Made by a program: the position numbers and the translations under genes. A DNA stretch of 64,000 nt, from IMG/VR virus record IMGVR_UViG_3300026078_000024, positions 1 to 64,000 of that record; one strand, given 5' to 3'. This document shows, one piece after another, positions 25,701-35,196 of the stretch; the stretch's first letter is position 1; each line of letters starts with the position of its first letter. This DNA comes from a virus. The notes below the pieces were generated by a model. That model was not told where the DNA came from. It did not search any database and saw nothing but the letters and a program-made list of their open reading frames with translations.

Positions 25701-27639
25701 AGCCCTCTTCCTTCTCGATCATCGAAACGATCTCGTACTTCGCCGCCTTGCCCGGCACCCGGCGCAGTTCCTTGATCTCTACTCGGCGCGCCAGCTCCTT
25801 GAAGATCCACGTCCGGCTCTTCGGGAGGTCAAGATCGGCGAAGTCGTCCTTGGTCAACTCGGTGACTCCGGAGTCCGCCAGCTCCTTGATCCGCATGGTG
25901 ACAAGATCGCGGGCCTCGTTGTCGGCGTCGGCCGTCTCCACCCCTCCCTTGATCAGATACGGCCGGACGGCCGCGCCGGTGCGGAGGGGAGCCGGAGAAA
26001 GATCCACGTCCTCCGGCGGCTCCGGCCACTCGGGGAACGCGACGGCGGAGGAGACGGACGGCCGGACGGGGAGAGTGATCCCCCGGCTGAGCAGGTCGAA
26101 CGTCCCCGGGTCGCACTTCGCCCACCCGGCGCCCTGGGCCATCTCGATCACGGCCTGGATCTTCTCGTCCGATGCCTTGAAGGTCCGGTGGACCATGGGC
26201 CACTCGTCGGACGGGACCCCCGTGACCTCCTCGTAGTGGCGGCCGGGATGGTTGTTCGCCCACCTCGACGGGTCGGCACCGGCGTTCAGGGTCTCGTCGA
26301 GGAGCGCGAACCGGGCGTCGATCAGTTCACGCACGCCGAACGCGAGGGAGTTGCCGAACTGTGATCGGACTGCCCGGTCGATCTGCCGATAGCCCGCGAC
26401 CTGCAAAGACGCGCTCACCGGCATGCCGAGGGCCCGGCACAACGTGATCGCCTTCTGGAATGCGGGGGAGTTGGCCAGGTAGCCGGATGCCTCCTCCACG
26501 TGGATCGGCTGGACCGGGATCCGGAACCGCGTCCACGCCTCCGGCACCCACCCCTTGTGGAACCCGTGCTGTCCGAGAAGCCGGGCCCGGTACCGCATGG
26601 CGTCCGGCAGGTTGCTGATCAGCTGTGCCGTGTCGTCCGGCCCGTCCGCGTAGAGATCAAAGACGTGCATGACGTGTCCGAAGGACAGCATGAACTTCTC
26701 CGGGTCGGCCACGATCGGCGGGGCGCAGTCCGTCCGGGTGATCATCTCCAGCATCGCCAGGATGAACGCCTCGGTCTTGCCGGACCCCGTCATGCCGGAG
26801 TAGAGGGTCGCGGACGCGGCGCGGGACTGTTCGTCCGACCCGGTGATCCAGTGCCCGGACTCCTGTCCGTCCTCCCGGCGTCCGGTCCGCAGCGGTCCGG
26901 CGGTGATCGACTGTCCGGGCCTGGACGGACCCTCGTACTCGATCACGTCCGTCGTCGGGTTGGTCAGGCGGATGGTCACGCGTGTCTGGTCACCCCGTCC
27001 GTCCACCTCGGACACCCGGACATTGTCCGGTCCGACGGAGTGGAGTCCGGCGATGTTGTCCTTCCGGCGCCGGACGTCCTTCGTGGTGTTCCGTCCGTCC
27101 GGGTGGTTCAAGATGATCTCCACCCGCTTCCCGGCCTTGTCCGTGATCTCCTTCACCTTGCCGGTGACGGTGTTCTTCAGGCCCTTCACCTTGGAGATCG
27201 AATCGACCGGCCCCTCCTTCACCCCGTCGTGCTTGTTGGTCGGCGTGATCCCGGCGTAGCGGATGTTCCACGCCAGGCAGAGGTAGGCGCCCCCGAAGAT
27301 CCACGACCACACGATGGCCGAGGTCAGGGGGCCGAGGGCGGTAGCCAGGGCGAGCCATACACCCATGCCGACCACGAAGGCGGTCGCGGCCAGGCGGGCG
27401 TGTTCGTGGCGGCGCCCCCAGGTCTCCCAGGTCCACCACCCGAGACCGGGGCCCATGGTCGCGAGGAACGCCTGAGCGACCGGCCCGTGGGCGAAGTGGT
27501 GCGTGACCAGCGCCGCAAGGAAGATCAGCCCCATGATCGCCCACGGAGTGAGGAACGGCTGCACCCGGTACCGCAGCGGCAGGTGACGGAGGCGGGTGAC
27601 CTTCACCGAGGTCTCGTCCGTCATGGCGGTCTTGCTCAT
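25699..27639 (-). CDS. traB: TraB-like FtsK/SpoIIIE dsDNA translocase (Streptomyces plasmid transfer type)
   Basis: N-terminal multi-TM region, Walker A SGMTGSGKT, Walker B-like IHVEEAS, 'GADPSRWANNHPG', C-terminal wHTH-like 'KSRTWIFKELARRVEIKELRR'. Confidence 0.8.
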   Translation of the reverse strand: MSKTAMTDETSVKVTRLRHLPLRYRVQPFLTPWAIMGLIFLAALVTHHFAHGPVAQAFLATMGPGLGWWTWETWGRRHEHARLAATAFVVGMGVWLALATALGPLTSAIVWSWIFGGAYLCLAWNIRYAGITPTNKHDGVKEGPVDSISKVKGLKNTVTGKVKEITDKAGKRVEIILNHPDGRNTTKDVRRRKDNIAGLHSVGPDNVRVSEVDGRGDQTRVTIRLTNPTTDVIEYEGPSRPGQSITAGPLRTGRREDGQESGHWITGSDEQSRAASATLYSGMTGSGKTEAFILAMLEMITRTDCAPPIVADPEKFMLSFGHVMHVFDLYADGPDDTAQLISNLPDAMRYRARLLGQHGFHKGWVPEAWTRFRIPVQPIHVEEASGYLANSPAFQKAITLCRALGMPVSASLQVAGYRQIDRAVRSQFGNSLAFGVRELIDARFALLDETLNAGADPSRWANNHPGRHYEEVTGVPSDEWPMVHRTFKASDEKIQAVIEMAQGAGWAKCDPGTFDLLSRGITLPVRPSVSSAVAFPEWPEPPEDVDLSPAPLRTGAAVRPYLIKGGVETADADNEARDLVTMRIKELADSGVTELTKDDFADLDLPKSRTWIFKELARRVEIKELRRVPGKAAKYEIVSMIEKEEG

Positions 27640-28484
27640 GATGCGCGTCCCTTCTCGAACCTCTTCCGTGCGACGTAAAAGGTGTTGTCCGGCGTGCCGG
27701 GGTGGAGCTTCCGCATGGCCTCGTACAGATCGTCATTCGGCGCGTCCGGGTGGTCCGTCAGGTACTGCCGGACGTCCGACGCGGGGGAGCCCCGGCCTAT
27801 GTCCGGTGTCCGGGCGGACGCTCCAGCCGTCCGGTTCGCGGCGTCCGTCTCGGCGTGTCCGGTCCACGTGGCCATGTCCGGCGTCTCGTGTCCGGTCCAC
27901 GTGACCATGTCCGGCGCGGTGTCCGGCGCGGTGTCCGGCGCGGTGTCCGGCGCGGTGTCCGGCGTCTTGACCGGCCGCTTGTCAGCTTTCGGACGTGCTG
28001 TCCGGCGCACCTTCGGCGCGGCGGCGCCCATGTGCAGGAGATGTCCGAACACGGCGGCCGGGATGCAGCTCACGATGATCGTGAGAATGAACCGGTGTCC
28101 GGTGATCAACTGCTGCTCGTAGAGGTGCGCGACCGGCTGCGCGGCCATGGCCACCAGGATCGACAGAACGGCCCCTGTAACGGCCGTCATCCGGCCCGGC
28201 GCCCCTTTGGGCCGCTTGGTGGCCACGACGGCGGAGATGCCCGCGTAGGCCGTCAGGGCGGCCGGTGTGAGCCACGCCATGCCCCTGGTCCATCCGGCCA
28301 TGACTCCGAGGTAGTGCTCACCCGGGGCACACATGACCAGGATCATCACTGCGACAACGGGACGGCCGACGTCGAGCATGAGGGTGACCCACCAGGGGTC
28401 ATGATCGTCACGTCCGTTCTGACGCTGTTCGATCTTGTCCTTCAGCCACCGGACGAACCGGCGCGTCCTCGTTTCGGTGTCCAT
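27636..28484 (-). CDS. Spd-like (DUF2637-type) membrane protein with PDTA repeats and a C-terminal HTH-like segment
   Basis: 4 TM with 'EHYLGVMAGW...AWLTPAAL..YA', '..CIPAAVFGHLLH'; coupled to traB by an ATGA overlap. Confidence 0.75.
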   Translation of the reverse strand: MDTETRTRRFVRWLKDKIEQRQNGRDDHDPWWVTLMLDVGRPVVAVMILVMCAPGEHYLGVMAGWTRGMAWLTPAALTAYAGISAVVATKRPKGAPGRMTAVTGAVLSILVAMAAQPVAHLYEQQLITGHRFILTIIVSCIPAAVFGHLLHMGAAAPKVRRTARPKADKRPVKTPDTAPDTAPDTAPDTAPDMVTWTGHETPDMATWTGHAETDAANRTAGASARTPDIGRGSPASDVRQYLTDHPDAPNDDLYEAMRKLHPGTPDNTFYVARKRFEKGRAS

Positions 28485-28780
28485 GATCCCAGTTTGCCTA
28501 TCTTTTGGTCGGTCCAATGAACGTCCACTGTGGCACGAAAATGTCCGGCCGTCCAACTGACGGCCGGACATTGTCCGTTGTGGCTGGTCAGCGTGTCAGG
28601 GATGCCTCCCGGTCCGCTGCGTCCCGCGAAACGAACTGATCTACGAAGGACATGATGTCCGGCACGGTGTCCGGGTCGGCGGACACCCCGGGGAGAGCGG
28701 ACACGGCCTGACGGAGAGCCTCGCGGGCGGACATGATGTCCGGCGCATGGGCGATCGTCCGGCGCGCGGCCTCTGTCCGG
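27686..28780. repeat. Cluster of 18 same-orientation TGTCCGG motifs (candidate clt/TraB-recognition locus) plus a 14-bp inverted repeat at 28540-28572
   Basis: Counted by eye at 27686, 27800, 27807, 27856, 27875, 27889, 27908, 27920, 27932, 27944, 27956, 27999, 28096, 28542, 28656, 28668, 28737, 28774. Confidence 0.7.
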
Positions 28781-28827
28781 CGCGCATGCTTCGCGGCCAC
28801 GTCCGCGAAGACTTGATCTCTGCTCAT
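28588..28827 (-). CDS. Small hypothetical protein
   Basis: ATGA overlap with the upstream GT2 gene. Confidence 0.6.
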   Translation of the reverse strand: MSRDQVFADVAAKHARRTEAARRTIAHAPDIMSAREALRQAVSALPGVSADPDTVPDIMSFVDQFVSRDAADREASLTR

Positions 28828-29486
28828 GATCCCGGCTTTCCGGCTGTTGAGTTGGGATTTACCATCCAGTACCAGGTGCGCTGATCAAGGTGCTCGAACA
28901 CCGCCCCGGCGTCCAGGAGATTGATCAAGTACCGCTCGTCCTCACCCTGGTACCGGCCGTTGTCCAGGGTGCGGCCCTCGGGGAAGCCGCCGACGCGGCG
29001 CACGGTCTCGGTCCGCACGAGGTGCGTGATCGGGATGAACGATCCGACGTGCTTGATGTGCGCGGCCATCTCGGGAGTGAACCTGAGTCCCCACGGAGAG
29101 ACCGGGAACCGGCCTTGATGGGTGACGGCCGTCGGGTCCCTCCCGTTGACCATCTGCGGCCGGGGGTAGACAAGATCGACAGCAAAGCTGTTCTCGATCA
29201 CCCGCATGCACGCCTTGAGGTGGTTCGGCCGGAGCCAGTCGTCATCGTCCAGCCAGGCGATCACGTCCGACTCGACCCGCTCCAGGAGACGGTTCCGGGT
29301 CGCGGCGGCGCCGGTGCGGTCCTTGTCGACCTCGATCAAGAACTGGTCCGGCTGCCGGTCCTGCTTCATCACGCTCATCTCGGCGCGCATGAGGTCGACC
29401 TCGCGGCCGGGCAGGGTTGGAATGCATACGGCCACCGTGAGGTGCCTCGGGTTGGGCCGGTTCCCCCGGCGCTTCGCTTCACCCAT
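28824..29486 (-). CDS. Family 2 (GT-A) glycosyltransferase
   Basis: VAVCIPT, GAAATRN, AWLDDDD, VGGF, GEDE. Confidence 0.88.
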   Translation of the reverse strand: MGEAKRRGNRPNPRHLTVAVCIPTLPGREVDLMRAEMSVMKQDRQPDQFLIEVDKDRTGAAATRNRLLERVESDVIAWLDDDDWLRPNHLKACMRVIENSFAVDLVYPRPQMVNGRDPTAVTHQGRFPVSPWGLRFTPEMAAHIKHVGSFIPITHLVRTETVRRVGGFPEGRTLDNGRYQGEDERYLINLLDAGAVFEHLDQRTWYWMVNPNSTAGKPGS

Positions 29487-29706
29487 GATCTTCCTTACTT
29501 CCCGAACCGGACGGCCTGGCACACCGGGCACGGACAAGACGGTACGGGGGTCCCGACGTCTCCGATGTGGCCGGACCATTCCAAGATCTCTGCGTTGTAC
29601 GCGTCCCTGATCGCCTGGTTGAACTCCCGGGCGGTCATGACGCGGCGGCTCCGCCGGGCATGCCTGGCGGCACGGTCCGGCGACGTCCACCTGATGATCG
29701 TCCGGG

Positions 29707-30297
29707 TCACCACATATCACCCCGTTGGAGCATGATTGCGTTTCGGGCCGCGCTCCGGTTCGCGTAGCCAACCTCTTTGGCTACTTGATCAAATGTCATC
29801 CCTTGATCCCTGAGTTCCACGGCCTTGATCCGTTTGAGTTCCAGCTCTCGTCTGTGTGGTGCAGGCTCCCCCACTCGGCGGCACGCACGGCAGAACTTCT
29901 TTCCGCGATGCCAGTACGTGTTCGCCTCGTCGTAGGCATGACCCCGGAGACATTGATCGACTGGCCCTGATCTTCCGGCCAGATCGTTTTCCCGGTGGGT
30001 AGCCAGCCGCATGTGACGTTTCCAGTTCATGCACATCCGGTGCGGGCAGGTACTCCCGCCCTCGCACTCCGGATCTTCGTTGTGGCATGTGTGGTCGACT
30101 TCGAGTCCCTCCGGGATCTCGCCGACCATGAGCAGCCAGGCTGCTTTGTGGGCACCCACGTAATGACCACGGAGCCAGAAGTTCCCGTAACCGTGGCCTG
30201 TCTTGGCTCCGATGAACGGCCAGCAGGCATCCGGCCCGCCCGATTGATCAATCTTGGACAGGAGACGCGCTCTGTCGTCCCCGGTGATCCTTACCAT
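29707..30297 (-). CDS. HNH homing-type endonuclease with C-terminal HTH
   Basis: CWPF.G....GYG...AHKAAW...EVDHTC...CMN...EN; CLRGH...CRAC. Confidence 0.85.
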   Translation of the reverse strand: MVRITGDDRARLLSKIDQSGGPDACWPFIGAKTGHGYGNFWLRGHYVGAHKAAWLLMVGEIPEGLEVDHTCHNEDPECEGGSTCPHRMCMNWKRHMRLATHRENDLAGRSGPVDQCLRGHAYDEANTYWHRGKKFCRACRRVGEPAPHRRELELKRIKAVELRDQGMTFDQVAKEVGYANRSAARNAIMLQRGDMW

Positions 30298-30890
30298 CTG
30301 TCTCCCCGGCCGCTCGTATTACCAGGATGCCAATGATAATACCAAGTGCGCTCGTTCAGATGGTGGAACGTCGCCCCGGCGTCCAGGAGCTTGAGCCACA
30401 ACCCCCATTCGTCGCATGGGCTCGCGCCCGGCTCCCTGCTCTTGTTCCGGTCCTCGAACCCGCCGACGGACATAGCCAGCTCGGTACGAACCAGGAGAGT
30501 CACCGGAATGTAGTTCTGGATCTTCCTGAGCGCATGCTCGTTGAACGGTTGCCCCTCGTACTCCGGGAAAGGATCCCACCCGGACGGCACGGTGAACCAC
30601 GGATAGATCACATCGGCGCCGGACTCCTGTGCGGCCCGTAGCAGAGATCCAATGTGCCCCGGGCGCAGTGTGTCGTCGTCGTCCAAAAACGCAGTCCATT
30701 CGGTCGTCACGCCAGCGAGAGCCCGGTTTCTGGTGATGGCCGAACCTTCATGCGCCGTATCCACAGCAATGCTGATCCCGTCCACCGGATGTTCTTGCCG
30801 GAGAACGGAATCCATCGCCCTGGGCAGAAGGGTACGGGCCCGGGGCGGGATGCTCGGAGTGACCACGGTCACACCTGGCCTGTAGATCAC
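30291..30890 (-). CDS. Family 2 glycosyltransferase
   Basis: VTVVTPS, GSAITRN, AFLDDDD, VGGF, DEWGLWL. Confidence 0.88.
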   Translation of the reverse strand: MIYRPGVTVVTPSIPPRARTLLPRAMDSVLRQEHPVDGISIAVDTAHEGSAITRNRALAGVTTEWTAFLDDDDTLRPGHIGSLLRAAQESGADVIYPWFTVPSGWDPFPEYEGQPFNEHALRKIQNYIPVTLLVRTELAMSVGGFEDRNKSREPGASPCDEWGLWLKLLDAGATFHHLNERTWYYHWHPGNTSGRGDRW

Positions 30891-31020
30891 GGCTTCCTCC
30901 GGTCCTTGATGTCCCGTGCGACAAGACCGGCGATCGCCCCCAGGCAGACACCGATCACTCCCATCACGATCAACCCGAGGACCGGGCCGTAGAAGCCGGT
31001 GAAGTAGTCGATCACGGCGG

Positions 31021-32280
31021 TCACAGTTTCCTCCCCAGGCGGATCAAGGTAACGCCGGACTGGTCGACGATGATCCCCGTCGGATCGATGACCACGGATC
31101 CGGGGGCGAACCGCAGAGACCGGAACTCCTCATGCCCGCATCCGATCACGAACACCGACCGGTGCTGGACCACCTCCGGGTTCCAGTGATCGTCAGTGTG
31201 CGGGTCCGTGGTATAGACCGGCACGATCTCCGCGAGTTGCTGGAAGAGAAGGAGCGCGGCCGACCCACCGGCGAGATCACTGCCCGGCCGGTACGCGTTG
31301 CCGAGGATCACCACGGGAAGGTCGGTGAGGGCGTGGTAATCGATCGCGAGGGACGCGATCCACGACGACTGCGCCTCCCGCGCCCTCTGGAGGAACCCGA
31401 AGATATCGGCGGAGAGATCCAGCCGGTCGGCGAGATGCGACATGGCCACCACGTCCCGGGGGTGGCAGTACCCGCCTCCACCCATGCCGCCCTTGAGATA
31501 CCTCCGGCTCATCAGGTTCGTGGTGGCGAGGGCGAGGGTGGTGGAGACGTCGTCCACGTCCGCGCCGGTCTTCTCGGCCAGCTCCAGCATCGTGTTCGCG
31601 AAAACGATCTTCATGGACGTGTACGTGTTGTACGCGACCTTGGTCAACTCCGCCGACGGGATCCTCATGGTCCTGATCGGCCGGGAGTGCAAGGACGTGT
31701 AGATCTCCGTCACCGCGAGGGCGTCCTCGTAGGTGTCGGCACCCACGATCACGAACTCCGGGTTGAGGAGATCGTCGGCCACAGACCCGAGGGAGATCAG
31801 GGACGGGGTGTAGACCAGTCGGGTGTGATCGTTGAGGAGCGGCCGGAGCAACCTGTCGCACGTGCCGGGGAGCACTGTGGAGATCACCGCGATCGTGATC
31901 GTCTTGTGTGCCATGTCGGCCGCGCGCGCCAGCGACCGGACGGCGTTGATCAGGTAGGCGTAATCGAAGTCGCGCCGGGTCTCGGGGTCGAGGTTCGGCA
32001 CGGTCCCGTCGAGGTGCGCCGGGTGCGGAGTCTGCACCGCTACAAAGATCGTGTCGGCGTTCGCGACGAGGGTCGCCGGGTCGTTGACGACGTTCATGCG
32101 GTTCAGGGCGAGGAGGTTGTCGATCTGTACCTCCTGCGGCGGCACGGCCTTGCCGGAGATGATGTCGAGGGGGTGCCGGGACATGTCGCACCCGGTCACC
32201 CGGTGTTTCCCGTGGACGTCGAGAACGAGGGCAAAGACGAGGCCCAGCTTCCCGAGACCGAGGACACCGACGTCAGCCAT
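31021..32280 (-). CDS. UDP-glucose/GDP-mannose 6-dehydrogenase family protein
   Basis: GLGKLG Rossmann, AVQTP, STVLPG, AELTKVAYN, GGYCHPRD. Confidence 0.92.
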   Translation of the reverse strand: MADVGVLGLGKLGLVFALVLDVHGKHRVTGCDMSRHPLDIISGKAVPPQEVQIDNLLALNRMNVVNDPATLVANADTIFVAVQTPHPAHLDGTVPNLDPETRRDFDYAYLINAVRSLARAADMAHKTITIAVISTVLPGTCDRLLRPLLNDHTRLVYTPSLISLGSVADDLLNPEFVIVGADTYEDALAVTEIYTSLHSRPIRTMRIPSAELTKVAYNTYTSMKIVFANTMLELAEKTGADVDDVSTTLALATTNLMSRRYLKGGMGGGGYCHPRDVVAMSHLADRLDLSADIFGFLQRAREAQSSWIASLAIDYHALTDLPVVILGNAYRPGSDLAGGSAALLLFQQLAEIVPVYTTDPHTDDHWNPEVVQHRSVFVIGCGHEEFRSLRFAPGSVVIDPTGIIVDQSGVTLIRLGRKL

Positions 32281-32282
32281 GG

Positions 32283-33041
32283 TCAGTCCTTCCGGGTGAG
32301 GATCGCGGCGCAGTACCGCCGGTCCGGGGTGAGGTAGTCGAAGTCGGTGATCGTGAACAGGTCTCCGAACCGCCGGTCGAGCTTCTCGCGGTCGTACCAC
32401 GTGGCGTAGGTCCCGGTACCGTCGAAGAACCGCACGAATTGATCGAACTTCTCGTGCTCCTCCACCGGCTCCCGGGGCGGCTCGGTGCCGGTGGCGATCC
32501 TCCAGCCCTCGTCGCTGTAGACCATGAGCCGGATCTTCCCGTCCGGAGCCAGCATGAGATCGAACATTTCCATGGTCAGGCGGGCCTTGCGGATGTGGTG
32601 CAGCACCCCGCAGCAGTGGATCTCGTCGTACGTGTCGGTCAGGGCATGGATGTACGGCCACTCTTCAGTGATCTTGTACATGTTCTTCGGGCCCCGGCCG
32701 GTCTCCAGACTCATCACGTGCGCGGCCAGTTCCACGTTCGCGGAGGACAGGTCGGCGATCGAGACGATGGCGCCGGTCCTGGCGATCTCCGCCGCTTCCA
32801 TGCCCACCCCGCAGCCGTACTCCAGCACCCGTTGCCCGTACCGGTTCTCGTCCAGTGCCATGTAACGGCGCCACAGGCCGTCGTGGTTGCGCCAGCCGGT
32901 GTAACGGGTCTGGCGCATACGCTCGATCACTTCGTGAAGGTGATCATCGTTCCACGTGAGCATCTCGGCGGACGAGAGATACCCGACGTCGTCCACCGGC
33001 GGCAGGGACCATGCAGTCACGGTGTCGGCCCACTCGGTCAT
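32283..33041 (-). CDS. Class I SAM-dependent methyltransferase
   Basis: VLEYGCGVG, ADLS, GVLHHI, LAPDG. Confidence 0.88.
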   Translation of the reverse strand: MTEWADTVTAWSLPPVDDVGYLSSAEMLTWNDDHLHEVIERMRQTRYTGWRNHDGLWRRYMALDENRYGQRVLEYGCGVGMEAAEIARTGAIVSIADLSSANVELAAHVMSLETGRGPKNMYKITEEWPYIHALTDTYDEIHCCGVLHHIRKARLTMEMFDLMLAPDGKIRLMVYSDEGWRIATGTEPPREPVEEHEKFDQFVRFFDGTGTYATWYDREKLDRRFGDLFTITDFDYLTPDRRYCAAILTRKD

Positions 33042-34309
33042 GACTTCCCCACGATCTCGAAGTGCGGCAAAGGAAAGATCATCCGGCCGCCGTTCTTCAG
33101 GTAGTCGGCTTCCCGTTCGAGGAACACGGACCGGAAGAACCACGGGGAGATCAGGAGGTACTCCGGGTGGACGGCCCGCATGCCGGACTCATCCATGATC
33201 GGAATCCCGGTCGCGGACATGATCTTTCCGACCTTGGCCGGTGACCGTTCCACGGCGTACGGCAGGAGATCCGGCCCGGCGTCGATCATCTGGAGGAACG
33301 TCCCGCCCCGGGTGGACGCGCCGTACAGATAGACCGTCTCGCCCCGGTCGGCCGCCTTCTCCAGGAACGCCCGGGTGAGATCGAGTTCCTGCTTGACCGA
33401 CCGGCCCCACTCCTGCCACACCTCCGGTCGTTGCAGCCCCTTGATCACCTCGGTCTCGTACACGTCCTGCACGCTGGCCGACTGCGGCCGGTCTCCGATG
33501 CGGGACACGGCCGTCCGGATGCACCCGCCGTTGACGGACGAGAAGGTGACATCGTTGATCTCCAGGCCGTGACGCTCCAGGAGGATCATGAGGGGGAGGA
33601 GCGCGAAGTACGTCACGTGTTCGTGGCACACGTTGTCGACTGCGTTCCGGCGGAGCATGTCCCCGGCGTAGTTCTGCTGAATGATCCACACCCCGCCGGG
33701 GGCGAGGCACTGCTCCACCCCGTGGACGAACCGGTTCGGATCATCGAGGTCGTAGAACATGGACACGGACGTGATCACGTCGAACTCGCCGGGCTGGAAG
33801 AACCGGGGAGAAAAGTAGTTGTAGATCACCCGGTCGGCCGCGCCGGTCCGGCGCGCGTCCCGGGCGATCACGTGGACCGGGTCGATCCCCGTGCGGGTGA
33901 TCCCTGCCGGGACGTGACTGAGGAGGGTCCCGTCGTTGCAGGCGATGTCCAGCCACCGGCGCGGGTCGTGGCGGAAGGCGAGGGCGTAGTCGACCACGTC
34001 TTTGAGGTCCCGGACGATCGCCTCGTTCGTGCCGGACCGGAAGCCGTATCGATCATGGTAGAGCTTCTCGCGCGGCGTCGACTCCCCGAGCTGAAGAAGG
34101 GTGCAGTCGAGGCAGATCTTGAGCTTGAGGGGGTACGTCTCGGCGTCCGACCGGTAGTCGTCCGGGTCCACGAAGTCGGGGAGGCGGTGATTGCCGAGAT
34201 CGATCACGTCCACGAGGTGGAGGGAGCCGCAGGACCGGCACACCACCCCGGGAACGCCCTCAATCAACGCCTGCATGTTCCGCAGGCCCGCATCCGTGGT
34301 CTTGCTCAC
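33038..34309 (-). CDS. NDP-hexose C-methyltransferase (zinc-binding N-terminus)
   Basis: CRSCGS..IDLG, YPLKLKICLDCTLLQL, LDIACNDGTLL, HEHVTYF, NGGCIR, YGASTRG. Confidence 0.88.
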   Translation of the reverse strand: MSKTTDAGLRNMQALIEGVPGVVCRSCGSLHLVDVIDLGNHRLPDFVDPDDYRSDAETYPLKLKICLDCTLLQLGESTPREKLYHDRYGFRSGTNEAIVRDLKDVVDYALAFRHDPRRWLDIACNDGTLLSHVPAGITRTGIDPVHVIARDARRTGAADRVIYNYFSPRFFQPGEFDVITSVSMFYDLDDPNRFVHGVEQCLAPGGVWIIQQNYAGDMLRRNAVDNVCHEHVTYFALLPLMILLERHGLEINDVTFSSVNGGCIRTAVSRIGDRPQSASVQDVYETEVIKGLQRPEVWQEWGRSVKQELDLTRAFLEKAADRGETVYLYGASTRGGTFLQMIDAGPDLLPYAVERSPAKVGKIMSATGIPIMDESGMRAVHPEYLLISPWFFRSVFLEREADYLKNGGRMIFPLPHFEIVGKS

Positions 34310-35196
34310 TGGCTCCTCCAGTAGCTCATGACGTCGGACAACATGGAATGCAGGGAGGTGGTCGGCCGCCAGCCGGTCACCGTCTTGATCTTCGCGTTGC
34401 TCGGGACCGGCCAGACCTGCGCGTCCCGGTGGACCAGGAGCGGATCTTCCTTCAGCTCGATCTCCGCCGTGGACATGCTCGCGAGGGTGTGCATGACGTG
34501 TTCCATGGTCACGTTGTTGGCCGAGCACACGTTGTAGATCCCCGGCTCCGCGTCGATCACGGCCGCGTATGCCTGCACCACGTCCCGGACCGAGGTGAAG
34601 TTGCGGTACGCGGAGAGATCACCGTGTGAGACGAAGTCGGCGTGGCCCCGCTCCACGGCCACGATCCGGCGCGCGAAAGACGACTCCGCGTTCGCCGACT
34701 GGCGGCCCCACCCCGTATGGTTCCAGGCCCTCGTGCAGACGACGTGCATTCCGTACCGGCGCGCGTACGCCTGACCGGCCGTCGTCGCCCCCAGCTTCGC
34801 CGCTCCGTACGGCGTGGTCGGGAAGCATGGGGACAGCTCGGTGATGATCTCCGCCCCGTCCGGCCGCTCGTATCCGTACTCCTCCGACGTGCCGGTGATC
34901 AGGATCCTCGCGTGTGCGCCGGTGGTCCGGACGGCCTCCAGGGTGTTCAAGGTTCCGCCCACGTTGACGTCGAACACCCGGCGCGGATTGCGGAGCGACT
35001 CTCCCGGCCACGAGACGGCTGCCAGGTGGAAGATCTTGTCAGGCTGGAACTCGCTGACCATGTGCCGGACGGTCTCGAAGTCGCGGACGTCGCACGCGGC
35101 GAGGGTGCACCCCTGAACGGTGTGCCCCTGGTTCTCCAGCAGCTTGCGGAGGTGAGGCCCAACGAAGCCCCCCGCGCCCGTGATCATTGCTTTCAC
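34306..35196 (-). CDS. GDP-mannose 4,6-dehydratase/reductase-like NAD-dependent epimerase (extended SDR)
   Basis: TGAGGFVG, HLAA, TSEEYG, PYGAAK, NHTG, RNF..VRDVV. Confidence 0.9.
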   Translation of the reverse strand: MKAMITGAGGFVGPHLRKLLENQGHTVQGCTLAACDVRDFETVRHMVSEFQPDKIFHLAAVSWPGESLRNPRRVFDVNVGGTLNTLEAVRTTGAHARILITGTSEEYGYERPDGAEIITELSPCFPTTPYGAAKLGATTAGQAYARRYGMHVVCTRAWNHTGWGRQSANAESSFARRIVAVERGHADFVSHGDLSAYRNFTSVRDVVQAYAAVIDAEPGIYNVCSANNVTMEHVMHTLASMSTAEIELKEDPLLVHRDAQVWPVPSNAKIKTVTGWRPTTSLHSMLSDVMSYWRSQ

